The translations under genes were made by a program, and so were the position numbers. DNA of 64,000 bases from Eledone cirrhosa (Eukaryota), in assembly GCA_964016885.1 (NCBI GenBank), contig OZ024741.1:81282001-81346000 (forward strand), given 5' to 3'. The notes beneath the pieces are model-generated. The model was not told the DNA's origin and did no database searches. It saw only the letters and a list, made by a program, of their open reading frames with translations. Positions 1 through 13,061 of the stretch are shown here, piece after piece; within the stretch, counting starts at the first letter, position 1, and every line of letters begins with the position of its first letter.

Positions 1-339
1 TATATCTTACCTGAAAAATAACAAAAAAACATAAATATTAAAATAAATACAAATATTCATACATATCCATATAAGAATTTATCTACATAATCTATCTTAC
101 GGGCGATCTGTCGATTTTGAGAATGTAAGCAATACTTGTCTTTTCTTTTATCCGTAGTCTTCTCAATAAGCAGAGTTTTAAACTCCTATTTATGCCAGTC
201 TAAAATTCAAATTCTCCGTTTTCCTCTCGGATTTTCAATTATTATTTTACATGTTTTGTTGGACCCTTCCTAAAAACTAACCTTCCTGCACCTCGCTCGC
301 AAACATTGTAAACACTTTGCTCCTTCTCTGGAAGTTCTC

Positions 340-2540
340 TGGAAGTTGAAGGACCCCATAGCCAGTGACAAATTTAAAAGTTTATTATTTGATGGCTTTG
401 ACAATAAGGAAGAGCAATTAGAGACGTGCGATATAGAGGAACAGTGGCAATTCTCGAAAGTGAACCTGCTGAAAGCAACGGATGAAATCTGTGGCTGGAG
501 CAGACCTATTGGCAGGAGAGTAACTTGGTGGTGGAACAGTAAGGTGGAAGAGATAATCAAGGCCAAAAAGCAGGCTTGGAAAGTAGAGAGCACTATCAAG
601 TGGCCAGGAGAGAAGCTAGGAGACAAGAGTACCATGCAAAAAGGATAGCAGAGGATAGAAAGTTCAAGCATGTTCTACCAAAAACGTGAGGTTTCAGGAT
701 TGCTAGACAATGTGTCAAGGAAAACTGTGATATTGTCGGGGAGAAGTGTGTCCGTAATGATAACGGTGTACTTGCGCTCACTGATACTGATAAGAAGATA
801 GCCTGGGAGTGTCACTACGAGAGACTATTAAATGAGGAGAATAAATGGGAAAAAGATAGTCTGCCCCAAATCGATCCAATAGAAGGATCAGCGGTGCAAG
901 TTAAAGGTAGTATAATAAGTAAGGCAATCAAAGATATGAAGACAGGCAAGGCAACTGGGCCTTCGGAGATAGTTGCTGAGATGTTGAAGGCATCTGGTAT
1001 GGTGGGACACACTATGGTCACCCGTATAGTTAACCAAGTAATACAGAATGGGGTCATACCAAAAGACTGGCGTAGCAGCATCATCATTAACTGCTACAAG
1101 GGTAAAGGGGATGCCCTAGATAGGGGAAACTATAGAGGCATTAAGTTAGTTGACCAGGTCATGAAGGTCACAGAAAAAAGAGTTACAGCGCAACTAATCA
1201 GAGAGTGAATTGATCTAGATGAAATGCAGTTTGGGTTTGTGTCAGGTAAAAGTACCACAGGCGCTCTTTTCCTTGAACGACAACTACAAGAGAAGTACCT
1301 AGCTAAAAGTAAACCCCTCTACTTAGCTTTTATATAGACCTGGAGAAAGCCTTTGACAGAGTCCCCCGCTCCATTATCTGGTGGGCTCTTAGAAAACTAG
1401 GTGTAGATGAATGGCTTGTGAGAGCTATACAAGCTATGTATAAAGAAACAGTCAGTAAGGTTAGAATTAACAATGAATATTGTGAAGAATTTAGTGTAAA
1501 AGTTGGCGTTCATCAAGGCTCTGTCCTTAGCCCTCTCCTATTTATTATTGCCCTTCAGGCTATAACAGAGGAGTTCAAGACCGGCTGCCCATGGGAACTC
1601 CTATACTAACGCTCATAGCTGAATCAATGGCTGAACTTGAGAAGAAATTCGAAACATGGAAGCATGGCCTAGAAATCAAAAGGCCTTAAAGTTAACTTGT
1701 CTAAGACTAAAGTTCTAGTATGTAGAAAGGAAAATAGGGCACAGGTGCCCTCAGGGAAATGGCCATGTTCAGTGTGTAGGAAAGGAGAAGGCAGAAATTC
1801 CATTTTATGTCCCAAATGCAAAGTATGGGTACATAAAAGATGTAGTGGGATCACAGGTAAAATATCTAAGAACGTAGACTTTATATGTGGCCAATGCTCA
1901 GGTGCAATAAGTAGCAAGTGTCCACAGGATACTAGCTCCTTCTATTGCCCAGATGGTTCTATAGAAATAGTAGACACTTTCTGTTACCTGGGTGTCGCAA
2001 TCAGCAGTGGTGGAGGGTGTTCTGAAAGTACAGTAGGCAGAGTCAGAACTGGATGGAAAAAGTTCAGAGAGCTTATACTCCTGTTGGCCACAAAAGGTTT
2101 CTCTCTAAAAATGAAAGCAGATTGTATGATGCCTGTATACGAACAGCAATGCTACATGACAGTGAGACATGGGCATTGCGTGCAGAGGACCTGCGCAGAC
2201 TGGAAAGGAACGAAGCATGCATGCTCCGTTGGATGTGTAATAGTAATATACGTGAACGGCAAGGCATAAATGAACTAAGTGAGAAATTAGGAATAAGAGG
2301 GATCAGATGCTGTTTACTTGAGAGAAGACTACGTTGGTATGGTCACGTGATGCACATGAAAGACAGCTGCATAAAAAAGTGCAGGGCGATCAAAATTGAT
2401 GGTAGTTACGGAGTAGGTAGACCCAGATAAACCTGGGACGATCTGATAAATTCCGACCAACTTTGCCTCAAGTGGGACAACTCCCGTCTAATCCATGCTA
2501 GCGTGGAAGATGGACGTTAAATGATGATGATGATGATGAT
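340..2540 (+). mobile_element. RTE-clade LINE, 5'-truncated, frameshifted copy
   Basis: Broken ORF pieces with [49 protein letters not shown]; internal deletion near 2458 joins to the 3' terminus; (GAT)n tail at 2521-2540; 11-bp tandem duplication CTCTGGAAGTT at the 5' junction (326-347). Confidence 0.95.
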
Positions 2541-2596
2541 ACATATACATACATATCCATATATATATATACACATATATTATACATACATACATA

Positions 2597-2819
2597 TCAT
2601 CATCATTTAACGTCCATTTGCCACGCTAGCATGTATTAGACGGGTTATCCCATTAGAGGCAAGTCAGGTCAGGTAACTGTGTCTTGCTCATAGAAAACTG
2701 TTTCTGGCAAGGTTTCTATGGCTGGATGCCCTTCCTAATGACAACCATCTTTACAGCATGTGTTGGGTGCTTTTTGTCGTGACACCTATACGACCACTTT
2801 ATAGTGTGGGCTGGGTGCT

Positions 2820-2822
<3 letters not shown>
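2597..2822 (-). mobile_element. RTE/SINE-type 3' terminal fragment
   Basis: CATCAT tail, TTTAACGTCC and GGATGCCCTTCCTAA motifs shared with the RTE 3' UTR. Confidence 0.8.
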
Positions 2823-2861
<39 letters not shown>

Positions 2862-4055
2862 CCTAGATTCCTATGGCTCGTTAATGGTCAGAGACATACA
2901 TTCTTGCAGCTAATACAGACCAACAAAATACGCACGCTCCACGTTTCCCTTCACAGCTCTGTATACATACACATACACCCTTATATTAACATACTTTTGC
3001 TCATAGCTTTGTACTTACACATATATCCTCTTAGCTTCATACGGATGTATAACATACACATATGCGTGCACAAGTATAGCTCTTTATACAAAACATTTTT
3101 TTTTCCATTTCAGGTAGACGCGCTCCATCATCCACTTTTCTAAAAAAAGGTATATCATCCACAAAACGCCAGCATCAACAGTTTTCCAAGAGATGGCAAT
3201 CTGATTGGACCTGTTATTTTTCTCCAAAAACATTTTTTCCAATTCCACCCCATTCACCCTTGCATTCCTTTCTTCTGGTGAAGGACTACTGCCCAAAACT
3301 TTAAGACCCTCTTCCTGCTATTTCAAGCATTAATCTAATATATTCCTTCCATATACTGTACCGATTGTGTTATTTCTGTTTACCTTTTATACACATAAAT
3401 ATATACCGTTAAACGGTGATGATGATATACATACCTATAGGCCTATATATACACATATATATATACAAACTATATACATATATACACACACATATATATC
3501 CACATATATATATAGATACACACATATATACATACATATGCACACACACACATATATAAGGAAATGGGTTTCTTGTATATGTTTTATATGTTTTTTGGGG
3601 GGTAGGATTTGAAAATAGTGTTAGGACCCACTCTTTCTCCAATAAAGACGTTTTTAATATGTATATTATAACACACTCACACAGAGACAGGGTACATTAA
3701 CATACACAGGGACACATTACAAGACAGATACACACACACTAACACACAGAGTCTGTTTAATATATATGTGACAGGCTCTGAAATAAAAATATTTTAGCTA
3801 TCAAATCAATAAAACATTGTGAAGTTACTGAAATGTAAAGAATTAAAATTCACTGGAGATAAGTAATGTGTGATGTGTGGAGGAGGGGGTATGTATGTGT
3901 GCATATGTGTGTTAGTGGGAGTGTATATACATGTGTTTGTATGTATAGCATGTACTTACACATATATACATATAATGGGTTTTTAACATATGCGCACATT
4001 GAAAAATGTATGAAAACGATATGAAATATATATGTATATATACAAACACACACTG

Positions 4056-4089
<34 letters not shown>

Positions 4090-4097
4090 AACACACA

Positions 4098-4147
<50 letters not shown>

Positions 4148-4169
4148 GCACACATATATATATATATAC

Positions 4170-4340
4170 ACACTGTAAATGTGGTTGGTGTTAGGAAGGG
4201 CATCCAGCTGTAGAAAACCCACCAGACAGTCCTATGCGAGCAATGACAACCACTCTTGCCTCAAGTGGGAAAACTCCCGTCCAAACCCATGCAAGCATGG
4301 AACATGGACGTTAAACGATGATGATGATGATGATGATGAT
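4170..4340 (+). mobile_element. RTE 3' terminal fragment
   Basis: Near-identical to the last ~170 bp of the RTE copies (GGTGTTAGGAAGGGCATCCAGCTGTAGAAA...GGACGTTAAACGATGATGAT). Confidence 0.9.
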
Positions 4341-4932
4341 ACATTACACACACACATGTATGAATATGCTACAAAGACTCATCCACATATATAAATGCTC
4401 ACACCAACACACCTATGCACACATACATATATATAAATATTGTAGCCTATGCATGTCTATGAGGTGAGAAATTTTTTAGTCTGTGTCTGTGTGATAGAGG
4501 GTGAGGGATGTCTGTATACGTGTGTGTGATAATTGTCCATCTGTGCTGTGTGTGTGAGTGTCTATATAATGTACATGAAAGTCAGTGGGGACCATGTGCC
4601 ATGCGTGTATGTATAGGCATGAAAAAAAAAATGAAATTTACAGCTCACACCTGTATGGTTGTATGTGCTGTCATGGCATTTTATGTATATGCCTGTGTTC
4701 GTATATATTGTGTATGCATGTTATGGTATTTTGCCTGGGCGAGTGTATGTGTGCAACACTTGCTGCTATGTTCATAGTTACATGTGTGTTTACAGAGTGG
4801 GGAGAGTGTAGGGCATTGTACACAATAAGGCATTTCTAAGAATGTCACATCCACACAGATAACATATATAAATATTGTGCTTTATATATGCACAAAATAT
4901 GTTTCTCAAATGGTATATGGCTCACACTCTCT

Positions 4933-4972
<40 letters not shown>

Positions 4973-4994
4973 TTTTTTATTTTTTATTTAAAAT

Positions 4995-5199
4995 ATTGAT
5001 ACTCTGGGCCAAATACCATTGAGCTTTATTATTGAGAAACATAATCATCATATGTATTATATATGTTGATATACCTTAACATAGTAGGTATATATATATA
5101 TATATACATATACTACGTTAAGGTATCACAACATATATATGTATGATGATTATGTTTCTCAATAGAAAAGCTCAATGGACATTGGCTCAGAGTATCAAT
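4995..5199. repeat. Imperfect ~205-bp palindrome centred on (TA)n
   Basis: ATTGATACTCTGGGCC...GAGAAACATAATCATCATA is mirrored by TATGATGATTATGTTTCTC...GGCTCAGAGTATCAAT; inner arms ATACCTTAACATAGTA / TACTACGTTAAGGTAT. Confidence 0.9.
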
Positions 5200-5237
5200 G
5201 TATCAAAAAAAAAAAATATATAGAGAGAGAGAGAGAG

Positions 5238-5323
5238 AGATGAGATTCTACAGGACTAGAACTGTTTCATTCTTTAGAAATCATCAAAGAGTGAAACAGT
5301 TCTAGTCCTGTAGAATCTTATCT
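5238..5323. repeat. 38-bp-arm hairpin with a decayed hammerhead-like core
   Basis: Arms 5238-5275 and 5286-5323 (2 mismatches), 10-nt loop; minus strand reads TTGATGA-T-TTC-TAAA-GAA-T-GAAAC. Confidence 0.85.
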
Positions 5324-5401
5324 ATATTAAAACTTTTATACTCTGCTATGTATTGAGTACCTTACTTACTGTGGTTACCTCCGATTCAACCCGGAATAAC
5401 T

Positions 5402-5441
<40 letters not shown>

Positions 5442-7909
5442 TATATGCATACATACACACACACAAATACATATGTAAAGATTAAAAGAAATTTACAGCT
5501 CACACCTATGCCTGTTTAGTTCATCTCTTACAAGGTTTCTACGGTGTTTTAATGTTAGGGCCCTCAGTCCTATCATGAAAACAATGGTTAATGTAGTATC
5601 TTGCTAATAACCATAATGTGGTGCACAGACCATGAATGGCAGCCAGGGTGTTAAGATCATAAATTCCACACTTCTAACCATTAAACCATGCATCTTCACC
5701 TATACATATATTTATATGTATAGGCTCTTAACTGCTGGTGGAGTAGTAGGAGCCCTGTTGGTGACATACGGTATGTCTTGAGTACTTCAAACCTGGCGGA
5801 CCCCATCCCTGCTCCACGCCTGAACAACCAATTTCTTCCAGAAAAAGAGAGAGTCAGAGAATGGAAGTAAGAAATTTATAGAGAAAGAATTGACCCCAGT
5901 CAACTTTGTCTCTCATCCTTTCATATATGTATATTTATATACATATATATAAACATATATACACACCTACATGCATATATTAGCAGCGTTTGTGTTAGTA
6001 TGTTTGGATGGAGCCGTGTGTAGAAATAAATGTAATGCATACACATATACAAGAGTGACTGAGCATGTGTTTGAACGAGAGTGAGCAGGTGCAAGTGAGC
6101 GTGTGTATGACAGCATGTTGGTGTAGGTGTGAGAGCATGATGACATGTGCGTGTGTGAGAGCATGTGAACCTATGAAGCTATATGCATGTGTGTATTAAC
6201 AGGCTTCTGTGTATGAAAGCATTTGTATTAGAGTGTGTATTCACACATGTATGTATATAGGTGTATAAAATTGTATATATGTACACGAATGCGTGTGTGC
6301 ATGCATGCAAGAAAGTGCATATGTGAATGCATGCAGGCATGTGTACATGTATGTACATGTGTGTGGATGTGTAACATTTTACATGTGCACATGAATTTCT
6401 GAGTGTGCTTGCATGTAAGACTATATATGTGGATGTATGTATGCATGTGTGTGTACACTTAAGAATATATGCATACATATATGAGGATGTGTGACTGTTT
6501 ATATATGTGTTTAGGACTGAATGCATTTGTGCATATGTACATGTGTATGCATGTGTGTGCAAGGTTTTATTTTTAAATGGAAGCTAAAATTACATGGTTG
6601 CTGTTGTGGTTGTTGCATTGAAAAGAGATTCTCATATAACAATTGATTATTTGTAAAGAAAGGTAAGAGAATCTAAAGTAGAGAAGTTACTGGAAGCCAA
6701 CCATCCAACCATCCACCCAGCCAGCCAGCCAAGCAGTGCTGAAAGCTAACTTAAATGCAGCTAATTACAGTTAAGTGCCACCAGCAGTATGTTTTACCAT
6801 TCAGCTAGCTTACATTATCAAAAACATACTTGTGCCTTTGTCTGTGTCTTTCATCACTTGTCTATCTCTCCATCTTTATTTATATATATATATCTATATA
6901 TATATATATATATATACATACACACACATCATCATTAGCACCGTTTAACATCTATGCTTGCATAGGTTAGATGAGCTGTCTTGTACTGAGGCTAGACTAG
7001 TCAGGTGACCATGTCTTGCTCATACACTTTATTTTTTTGCTTCATTTCTACAGTTTGATGCCCTTCCTAGTTCTAACCACATGACTGCATGTACTGGAAG
7101 CATTTCATCATGACTGTAACACTATCAACTTACAGGGTGAACTGGGCACTTTTTGTCATGGCAAGAGCCCTACCACGTTACAAGGTAGATTGGGTGCTTT
7201 TTATTTTGTTGCCAACACTACCTTATTATAACTGGTGAAGGTTGGGAAGTGGTGTGACAAAAATAAAACAAGAAAGACAATTGTAGTGTGTAAAGAGAGT
7301 GAGTGCTGTATAAAATATGTGCAGACAGCTTGGAGTGGCTGAACCCATGGCAGAGAGAAACCAAAGAAGATACGGGACGAAGCTGTGAAGAATGACTTCA
7401 AGAAACTGGGGCTTTCGAAAGAGATACCATAGTATGGAGCTGACTGGTGATATGCTATAATACAAATGACAAGACCACTAGTACTAACACAGCAACACAG
7501 AAATTTAATGGTGAGATATGTGAGACTACATGAACAAGATAGCCTATACACTCAGTATCCACCCACCACTGTAATGTAGAGAGTGAAAGGAGTTGACAAG
7601 TACTTGACAACAATACTACTGCTGTGGCTAATATGGAGTGTACAAGATCATGATTAAACAAAGATAAAAGATAGAGGACTCCCCAATCTAGTTGAGCATA
7701 TGTTAAACTCTCTACTGATAGTGCCTTAAAATTCACCCAGTACACTGCATTAGGAAGGGTATCAAGCTGTAGAAACGATGGCAAATATGAATAAGATTCG
7801 GTCTCTGCAATCTTGCTAGTCTCAAACTATGACAACCCATCAAACGTATGGCCGCATGAAAGCAGGTATAAAATGATGATGCGTGAGGAGTGTGTGCATG
7901 CATATGGGT

Positions 7910-7927
7910 GCATATATATATGTATAA

Positions 7928-7984
<57 letters not shown>

Positions 7985-8058
7985 AATATATATATAAATA
8001 TACAAATATATATGTATATACATATGCATATATACAAATATATATATAAATATACAAT

Positions 8059-8135
<77 letters not shown>

Positions 8136-8163
8136 GAATATATAAATATATATATGAATATAT
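7910..8163. repeat. (TA)n compound microsatellite
   Basis: TA run with TACA/TAAA interruptions. Confidence 0.98.
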
Positions 8164-8476
8164 ATCATCATTCATCATCATTTCATTTTACGTCCACTTT
8201 TCCCTGCTTGCAAGGGTGGGACGGGAACTGATTCTGGGTTGATTTCTACAGCCGGATGCCCTTCCTAACACCAACCTCATTTACAGTGGGTGCTGGGTGC
8301 TTTTTTTGCCGTGGCACCTCCACGACCACTTTGCAGTGGAATGATATGGACCCTAGTCCCTATCATCTCATTTCTACAGCTGAGCAAACTGGAGCAATGT
8401 GAAATAAAGTGTCTTGCTCAAGGAAACAACACATCACCTGGTCTGAGAATTGAACTCGCAACCTTTCGATTGCAAG
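8164..8476 (-). mobile_element. tRNA-derived SINE with RTE-type tail, head truncated at the Penelope junction
   Basis: Matches the full copies at 39300-39660 and 59287-59636 but lacks the first ~33 bp including the A box. Confidence 0.9.
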
Positions 8477-8481
8477 CAACT

Positions 8482-10227
8482 GACCTGGTCGGGATATACC
8501 TCCTACATAAGCTTAGGGAAGAAATACCGGCCCTACAAGGTGTATATAGGGACGACGCCCTGTTTACCGTTAGGAACCATAGCCCCCGTAGGATAGAGAA
8601 CCTTAACAAACATATACACAGGTTGTTTAAGTCATACGGCCTATCCGTAACTATGGACCTCAACCACAGGGTTGTCAACTTCCTGGGTGCGACCCTGGAG
8701 TTGAGTACGGGCTTATACAAGCCATACCATAAGCCTCGAGAGTGCCTCTCTTATATTAATTATGCCTCCAACCACCCTAAGCAGACTCTCAACTCCATAG
8801 TCTATAGTATCTCACATAGAATCTCGAGGCTATCCGCCAATGAGGATATCTTCAACCAAGCGGCAGATTACTACAATAGGGCCCTGATAAGTGCCGGCTT
8901 TAACCGAGGAATTTCCTACATCCCTAACGCTAGCTCTAGAAACCACCCCCCTCATAAAACTAACGTTATAGTAAGCCATACCTATAACCGATCACGTGGC
9001 GACCTCGTTGAAGTCGGATATAATAGAATAGATAACCGCACCAAAGATCACGACCCCGGCGACGGTGAACACTGTAGATTACTCAAACTATTCCCCTATT
9101 ACAAAACCAACAAAGGCGACGGCCTACTACCAACGCCTTCCAACCAACATCTTCGTGTACATAAACATGGAAGAGGTAGGAAGAGTGCACCTGAGCATAA
9201 AGTGAAAGGGACACCGAACGGGCGACTGCACATTAACACACATAAGAGCGGTCACTTAGATGGAACCACCCGTAGCAAAAGTACAAGGACACGTAATCGC
9301 CACCGTAACGTCCTATGGTTCCACCCCCCCTACTCTCGGAGTGTGGCCTCCAACATACCCCGGATGTTCTTCGAAGCCTTAGAGAAGAACTTCCCCCCCA
9401 ACCATAGTTATAGAAAAATTCTTAATAGGAACAATATTAAAATATCCTTCTCTACTACTCCTAACCTAGCAAACATCATAGGAACAACGAACCACAGTAA
9501 GATCACCAAGACACAGCACCTCGGCACAGACGCACCTACACCTGACAATAACTATATCGGCCTTAACAACTCCCTGGCAGCATCCAATAATGTTGGCAAC
9601 GGCATCCGCAGACGCAACCAGAATAACCGCGAAATGACTGGGGAACATGCAGGACATGTCGTGCGGAATAACAATCGCACCACCCCGCGTGCTGTGGGTT
9701 GTAATGGTGCTAACGACAGCTGCGGTAGCGTAGGTAACAACGTAGGCAGCAACAATGATAGCCTTACTATGGGAAATAGACGGAACCGCGACAGAAATTG
9801 CAACTGCCGCGACAGAGGACGCTGCCCCCTTAGAGGATACTGCTTGACTGATAGGGTTATATATAGATGCACTATTACTAGCCACAATAGCGTTAAACAT
9901 TATATAGGGGCTACCTCCGGCCCGTTCAAAATTAGGTTTCGAACACATCTCCACTCTTTCACAAATAGAAAACTAAGGCACTCCACTTCGCTCGCGGACT
10001 ACATCACATCACTAAAGGACTTAAACATCAGCTTCTCCACACACTGGGAGATTGTCGGCAGGACTGCACCGTACAACTTCAAGAGGAAATGCGATCTTTG
10101 CCTCATGGAGCTCTACCACATCATAACTGCACCCCACGAGCTCATCAACAGCAGAGCTGAAACAGCGATAAGTTGTACACATCGCTTAAAAATATCCTTC
10201 TTCAGATGGGTTAAGGATAAAGAGTGA
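8482..10227 (+). CDS. PLE RT/thumb plus GIY-YIG endonuclease, uninterrupted but N-terminally truncated
   Basis: Part of ORF 8290..10227; the first ~62 codons of that ORF are antisense SINE sequence, not PLE. Confidence 0.85.
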   Translation, partial: DLVGIYLLHKLREEIPALQGVYRDDALFTVRNHSPRRIENLNKHIHRLFKSYGLSVTMDLNHRVVNFLGATLELSTGLYKPYHKPRECLSYINYASNHPKQTLNSIVYSISHRISRLSANEDIFNQAADYYNRALISAGFNRGISYIPNASSRNHPPHKTNVIVSHTYNRSRGDLVEVGYNRIDNRTKDHDPGDGEHCRLLKLFPYYKTNKGDGLLPTPSNQHLRVHKHGRGRKSAPEHKVKGTPNGRLHINTHKSGHLDGTTRSKSTRTRNRHRNVLWFHPPYSRSVASNIPRMFFEALEKNFPPNHSYRKILNRNNIKISFSTTPNLANIIGTTNHSKITKTQHLGTDAPTPDNNYIGLNNSLAASNNVGNGIRRRNQNNREMTGEHAGHVVRNNNRTTPRAVGCNGANDSCGSVGNNVGSNNDSLTMGNRRNRDRNCNCRDRGRCPLRGYCLTDRVIYRCTITSHNSVKHYIGATSGPFKIRFRTHLHSFTNRKLRHSTSLADYITSLKDLNISFSTHWEIVGRTAPYNFKRKCDLCLMELYHIITAPHELINSRAETAISCTHRLKISFFRWVKDKE

Positions 10228-10509
10228 AACCGTACACTGGATCTCCCTGCGACAAGTCTTAACACCTCGGCGGGCAGGCGCTGCAAAATAACACCCAGGA
10301 AACAATCCTTGCATACCACACCCAGCCTCAGACAAACGGATACGGCAAAAAAAAAAAAAAAAAAAAATTTGTCCGGGAAAGACTGCCCTAACACCGGCCA
10401 GAGTTAACCAAAATCAAAACAAGATATTTTTGCGAATAATGAACCTTGATGTTGATTTAACCCCAAAAACTCTTTCCGAGCAATATAAGGAACACTTGTG
10501 ATTATTTAT

Positions 10510-10549
10510 GCCCTTGAGAAGCCCAACTGGGCGAAACGTACGTAGGTGC
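10510..10549 (+). ncRNA. Minimal type I hammerhead ribozyme motif (U3:A8 variant) in the PLE pLTR
   Basis: GCCC TTGAGAA GCCC-AACT-GGGC GAAA CGTACG TA GGTGC: 4-bp stem II, palindromic stem III, GUA cleavage triplet, bulged stem I. Confidence 0.8.
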
Positions 10550-10603
10550 TGTTTTAAATAAACATGTTTTAACGGTCTATTCTCCGATCTTTTACTTTCC
10601 CAC

Positions 10604-10675
10604 GTATATATATGCATACATATATATATAAATATATATACATACATATATAAATATATATACATACATATATAA

Positions 10676-10714
<39 letters not shown>

Positions 10715-10715
10715 A

Positions 10716-10754
<39 letters not shown>

Positions 10755-10803
10755 AACATACATATATATATAAACATACATATATATATAAACATACATA
10801 TAT

Positions 10804-10834
<31 letters not shown>

Positions 10835-10895
10835 CATATATATATATAAATATATATACATATATATATATATAAATATATATACATATATATAT

Positions 10896-10926
<31 letters not shown>

Positions 10927-11093
10927 CATATATATATATATATACACATATATATATATATAAATATATATATATATAAATATATATACATATATATATA
11001 TATATATAAATATATATACATATATATATATAAATATATATACATATATATATATAGATATATATACATATATATATATAAATATATATACAT
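10604..11093. repeat. (TA)n/(TACA)/(TAAA) compound microsatellite
   Basis: Direct reading. Confidence 0.98.
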
Positions 11094-11257
11094 ATCATCA
11101 TCAACGTTTAACGTCCGTGTTCCACGCTTGCATGGGTTTGGACGGGGGTAGTCCCACTTGAGGCAAGAGTGATTGTCTTGCTCGCATAGGACTGTCTGGC
11201 AGGTTTTCTACAGTTGGATGCCCTTCCTAACACCAACCACATTTGCAGTGTGGGTCC
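11094..11257 (-). mobile_element. RTE 3' terminal fragment
   Basis: Near-identical to 11373-11535. Confidence 0.9.
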
Positions 11258-11372
11258 ATATATATATATAAATATATATACATACATATATAAATAAATA
11301 TATATATATATACATACATATATAAATATATATATATACCTACATACATATATAAATATATATATATACCTA

Positions 11373-13061
11373 CATCATCATCAACGTTTAACGTCCGTGT
11401 TCCACGCTTGCATGGGTTTGGACGGGGGGTAGTCCCACTTGAGTCAAGAGTGATTGTCTGGCTCGCATAGGACTGTTTGGCGGGTTTTCTACAGTTGGAT
11501 GCCCTTCCTAACACCAACCACATTTACAGTGTGGGTCTGGCAGGTTTTTACCGTGTTGCCTACACGGCCACATTACAGCGTGGACTGTGTGTTTTTTTGT
11601 CGTGACACCTACACGATCTCATTTGTTTCGGCCTGGATGGTGTGGTTCCAACATAACTTTTCATAGAACGGGGTGGTGTGGATGGGGTGGGGGTGGTGGT
11701 GGTGGGATGGGGGTGGTGGTATTTTGTTAGAGATGCCTACTGGCTGTAGTAGGTTTTACTATGTATTTAGGTAAGGCGGGTCTTCTCTGTTACTGAGTAC
11801 CGCCAAAGGTCTCGGTCCAGTGACATTGCCTTGGAGAGGTGTAAGTGTGTGAGGTCGGAGTTTATCAGCTCGTCCCAGGTTTTTCTAGGTCTGCCTATTC
11901 CGTGGCTACCGTCTATCTTTATTGCCCTGCACTTTGTTATACAGCTATCGACTTTCATGCGCATCACGTGTCCATACCAGCGTAGCCTTCTCTCGAGTAA
12001 ACAACATCTGATCCCTCTTATTTCTAATTTTGTCCTTAGTTCGTTTATGCTTTGCTGTTCACGTATATTACTGTTACACATCCAGCGGAGCATGCAAGCT
12101 TCGTTCCTCTCTAGTCTGCGTATATCCTCTGCACACAATGCCCAGGTCTCACTGCCATGCAACATTGCTGTTCGTATGCAGGCATCGTACAACCTGCCTT
12201 TCATTTTTAGGGAGAACCCTTTAGCAGCTAATAGTGGTATAAGCTCTCTGAACTTTTTCCAACCAGTTCTGACTCTAGCTACTGTACTTTCAGAGCACCC
12301 TCCCCCACTGCTGATTTTAGCACCCAGGTAACGGAAACTGTCCACTATTTCTATAGAACCCTCTGCGCAATTGAAAGAGCTAGTATTTTGTGGGCACTTG
12401 CTGCTACTTATTGCACCAGAGCACCGGCCACATGTAAAATCTATGTTCTTAGTTAGCTTACCTGTGATCCCACTACATCTTTTATGCACCCATACTTTGC
12501 AGTTAGGACATAAAATGGAGTTTCTACCTACACCTTTCCTACACCCCGAGCACGACCATTTCCCAGAAGGGACCACCGCCTTATTTTCTTTCCTACAAAC
12601 TAGAACTTTAGTCTTAGCCAGGTTAATTTTAAGTCCTTTTGATTCTAGGCCGTGCTTCCATGTTTGGAATTTCTTCTCTAGCTCGGCCATTGATTCCGCT
12701 ATGAGTGTCAGGTCGTCTGCGTATAGGAGTTCCCATGGGCAGCCGGTCTTGAACTCCTCTGTTATAGCCTGAAGGGCAATAATAAATAGTAGGGGGCTGA
12801 GAACAGAGCCCTGATGGACGCCAACTTTTACGCTAAACTCTTCACTATATTCATTGTTAATTCTAACCTTGCTGACTGTTTCTTTATACATGGCTTGTAT
12901 AGCTCACAAGCCATTCGTCAACGCCTAGTTTTCTAAGAGCCCGCCAGATAATGGAGCGGGGGACTCTGTCGAAGGCTTTCTCCAAGTCGACAAAAGCTAA
13001 GTAGAGGGGTTTACCTTTAGCTAGGTACTTCTCCTGTAGTTGTTGTACAATGAAAAGAGCG
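11373..13061 (-). mobile_element. RTE LINE, 5'-truncated young copy
   Basis: ORF 11767..12891 ([16 protein letters not shown]-like finger, WYGHVMR, GRPRKTW); FVDLEKAFD lies upstream across a 2-bp deletion near 12905; complete 3' UTR and tail. Confidence 0.97.

Larger units (their letters stand above)
8477..10603 (+). mobile_element. Penelope-like retroelement, 5'-truncated (RT C-terminal part, GIY-YIG endonuclease, pLTR)
   Basis: Motifs GVYRDDAL, VNFLG, PYHKP..YINYASNHP, WFHPPYS, CNC..CPLRGYCL, VIY..YIG..F..R..H; 3' non-coding region with a hammerhead motif and AATAAA, followed by (TA)n. Confidence 0.95.

Noticed and set aside
3120-3320. Minus-strand LGSSPSP...ELEKMFL and WRFVDDI resembling PLE RT motifs
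   Set aside because: Motifs are in different frames with imperfect spacing and no flanking support; a blastx search would be needed
8290-8476. N-terminal extension of the 645-aa ORF as a SINE-Penelope fusion protein
   Set aside because: Antisense SINE sequence in frame by chance with a 5'-truncated PLE; starts at GTG with no promoter evidence
11831-12772. Antisense ORFs recurring over RTE copies
   Set aside because: Shadow frames of the RT coding strand, repeated only because the element is repeated
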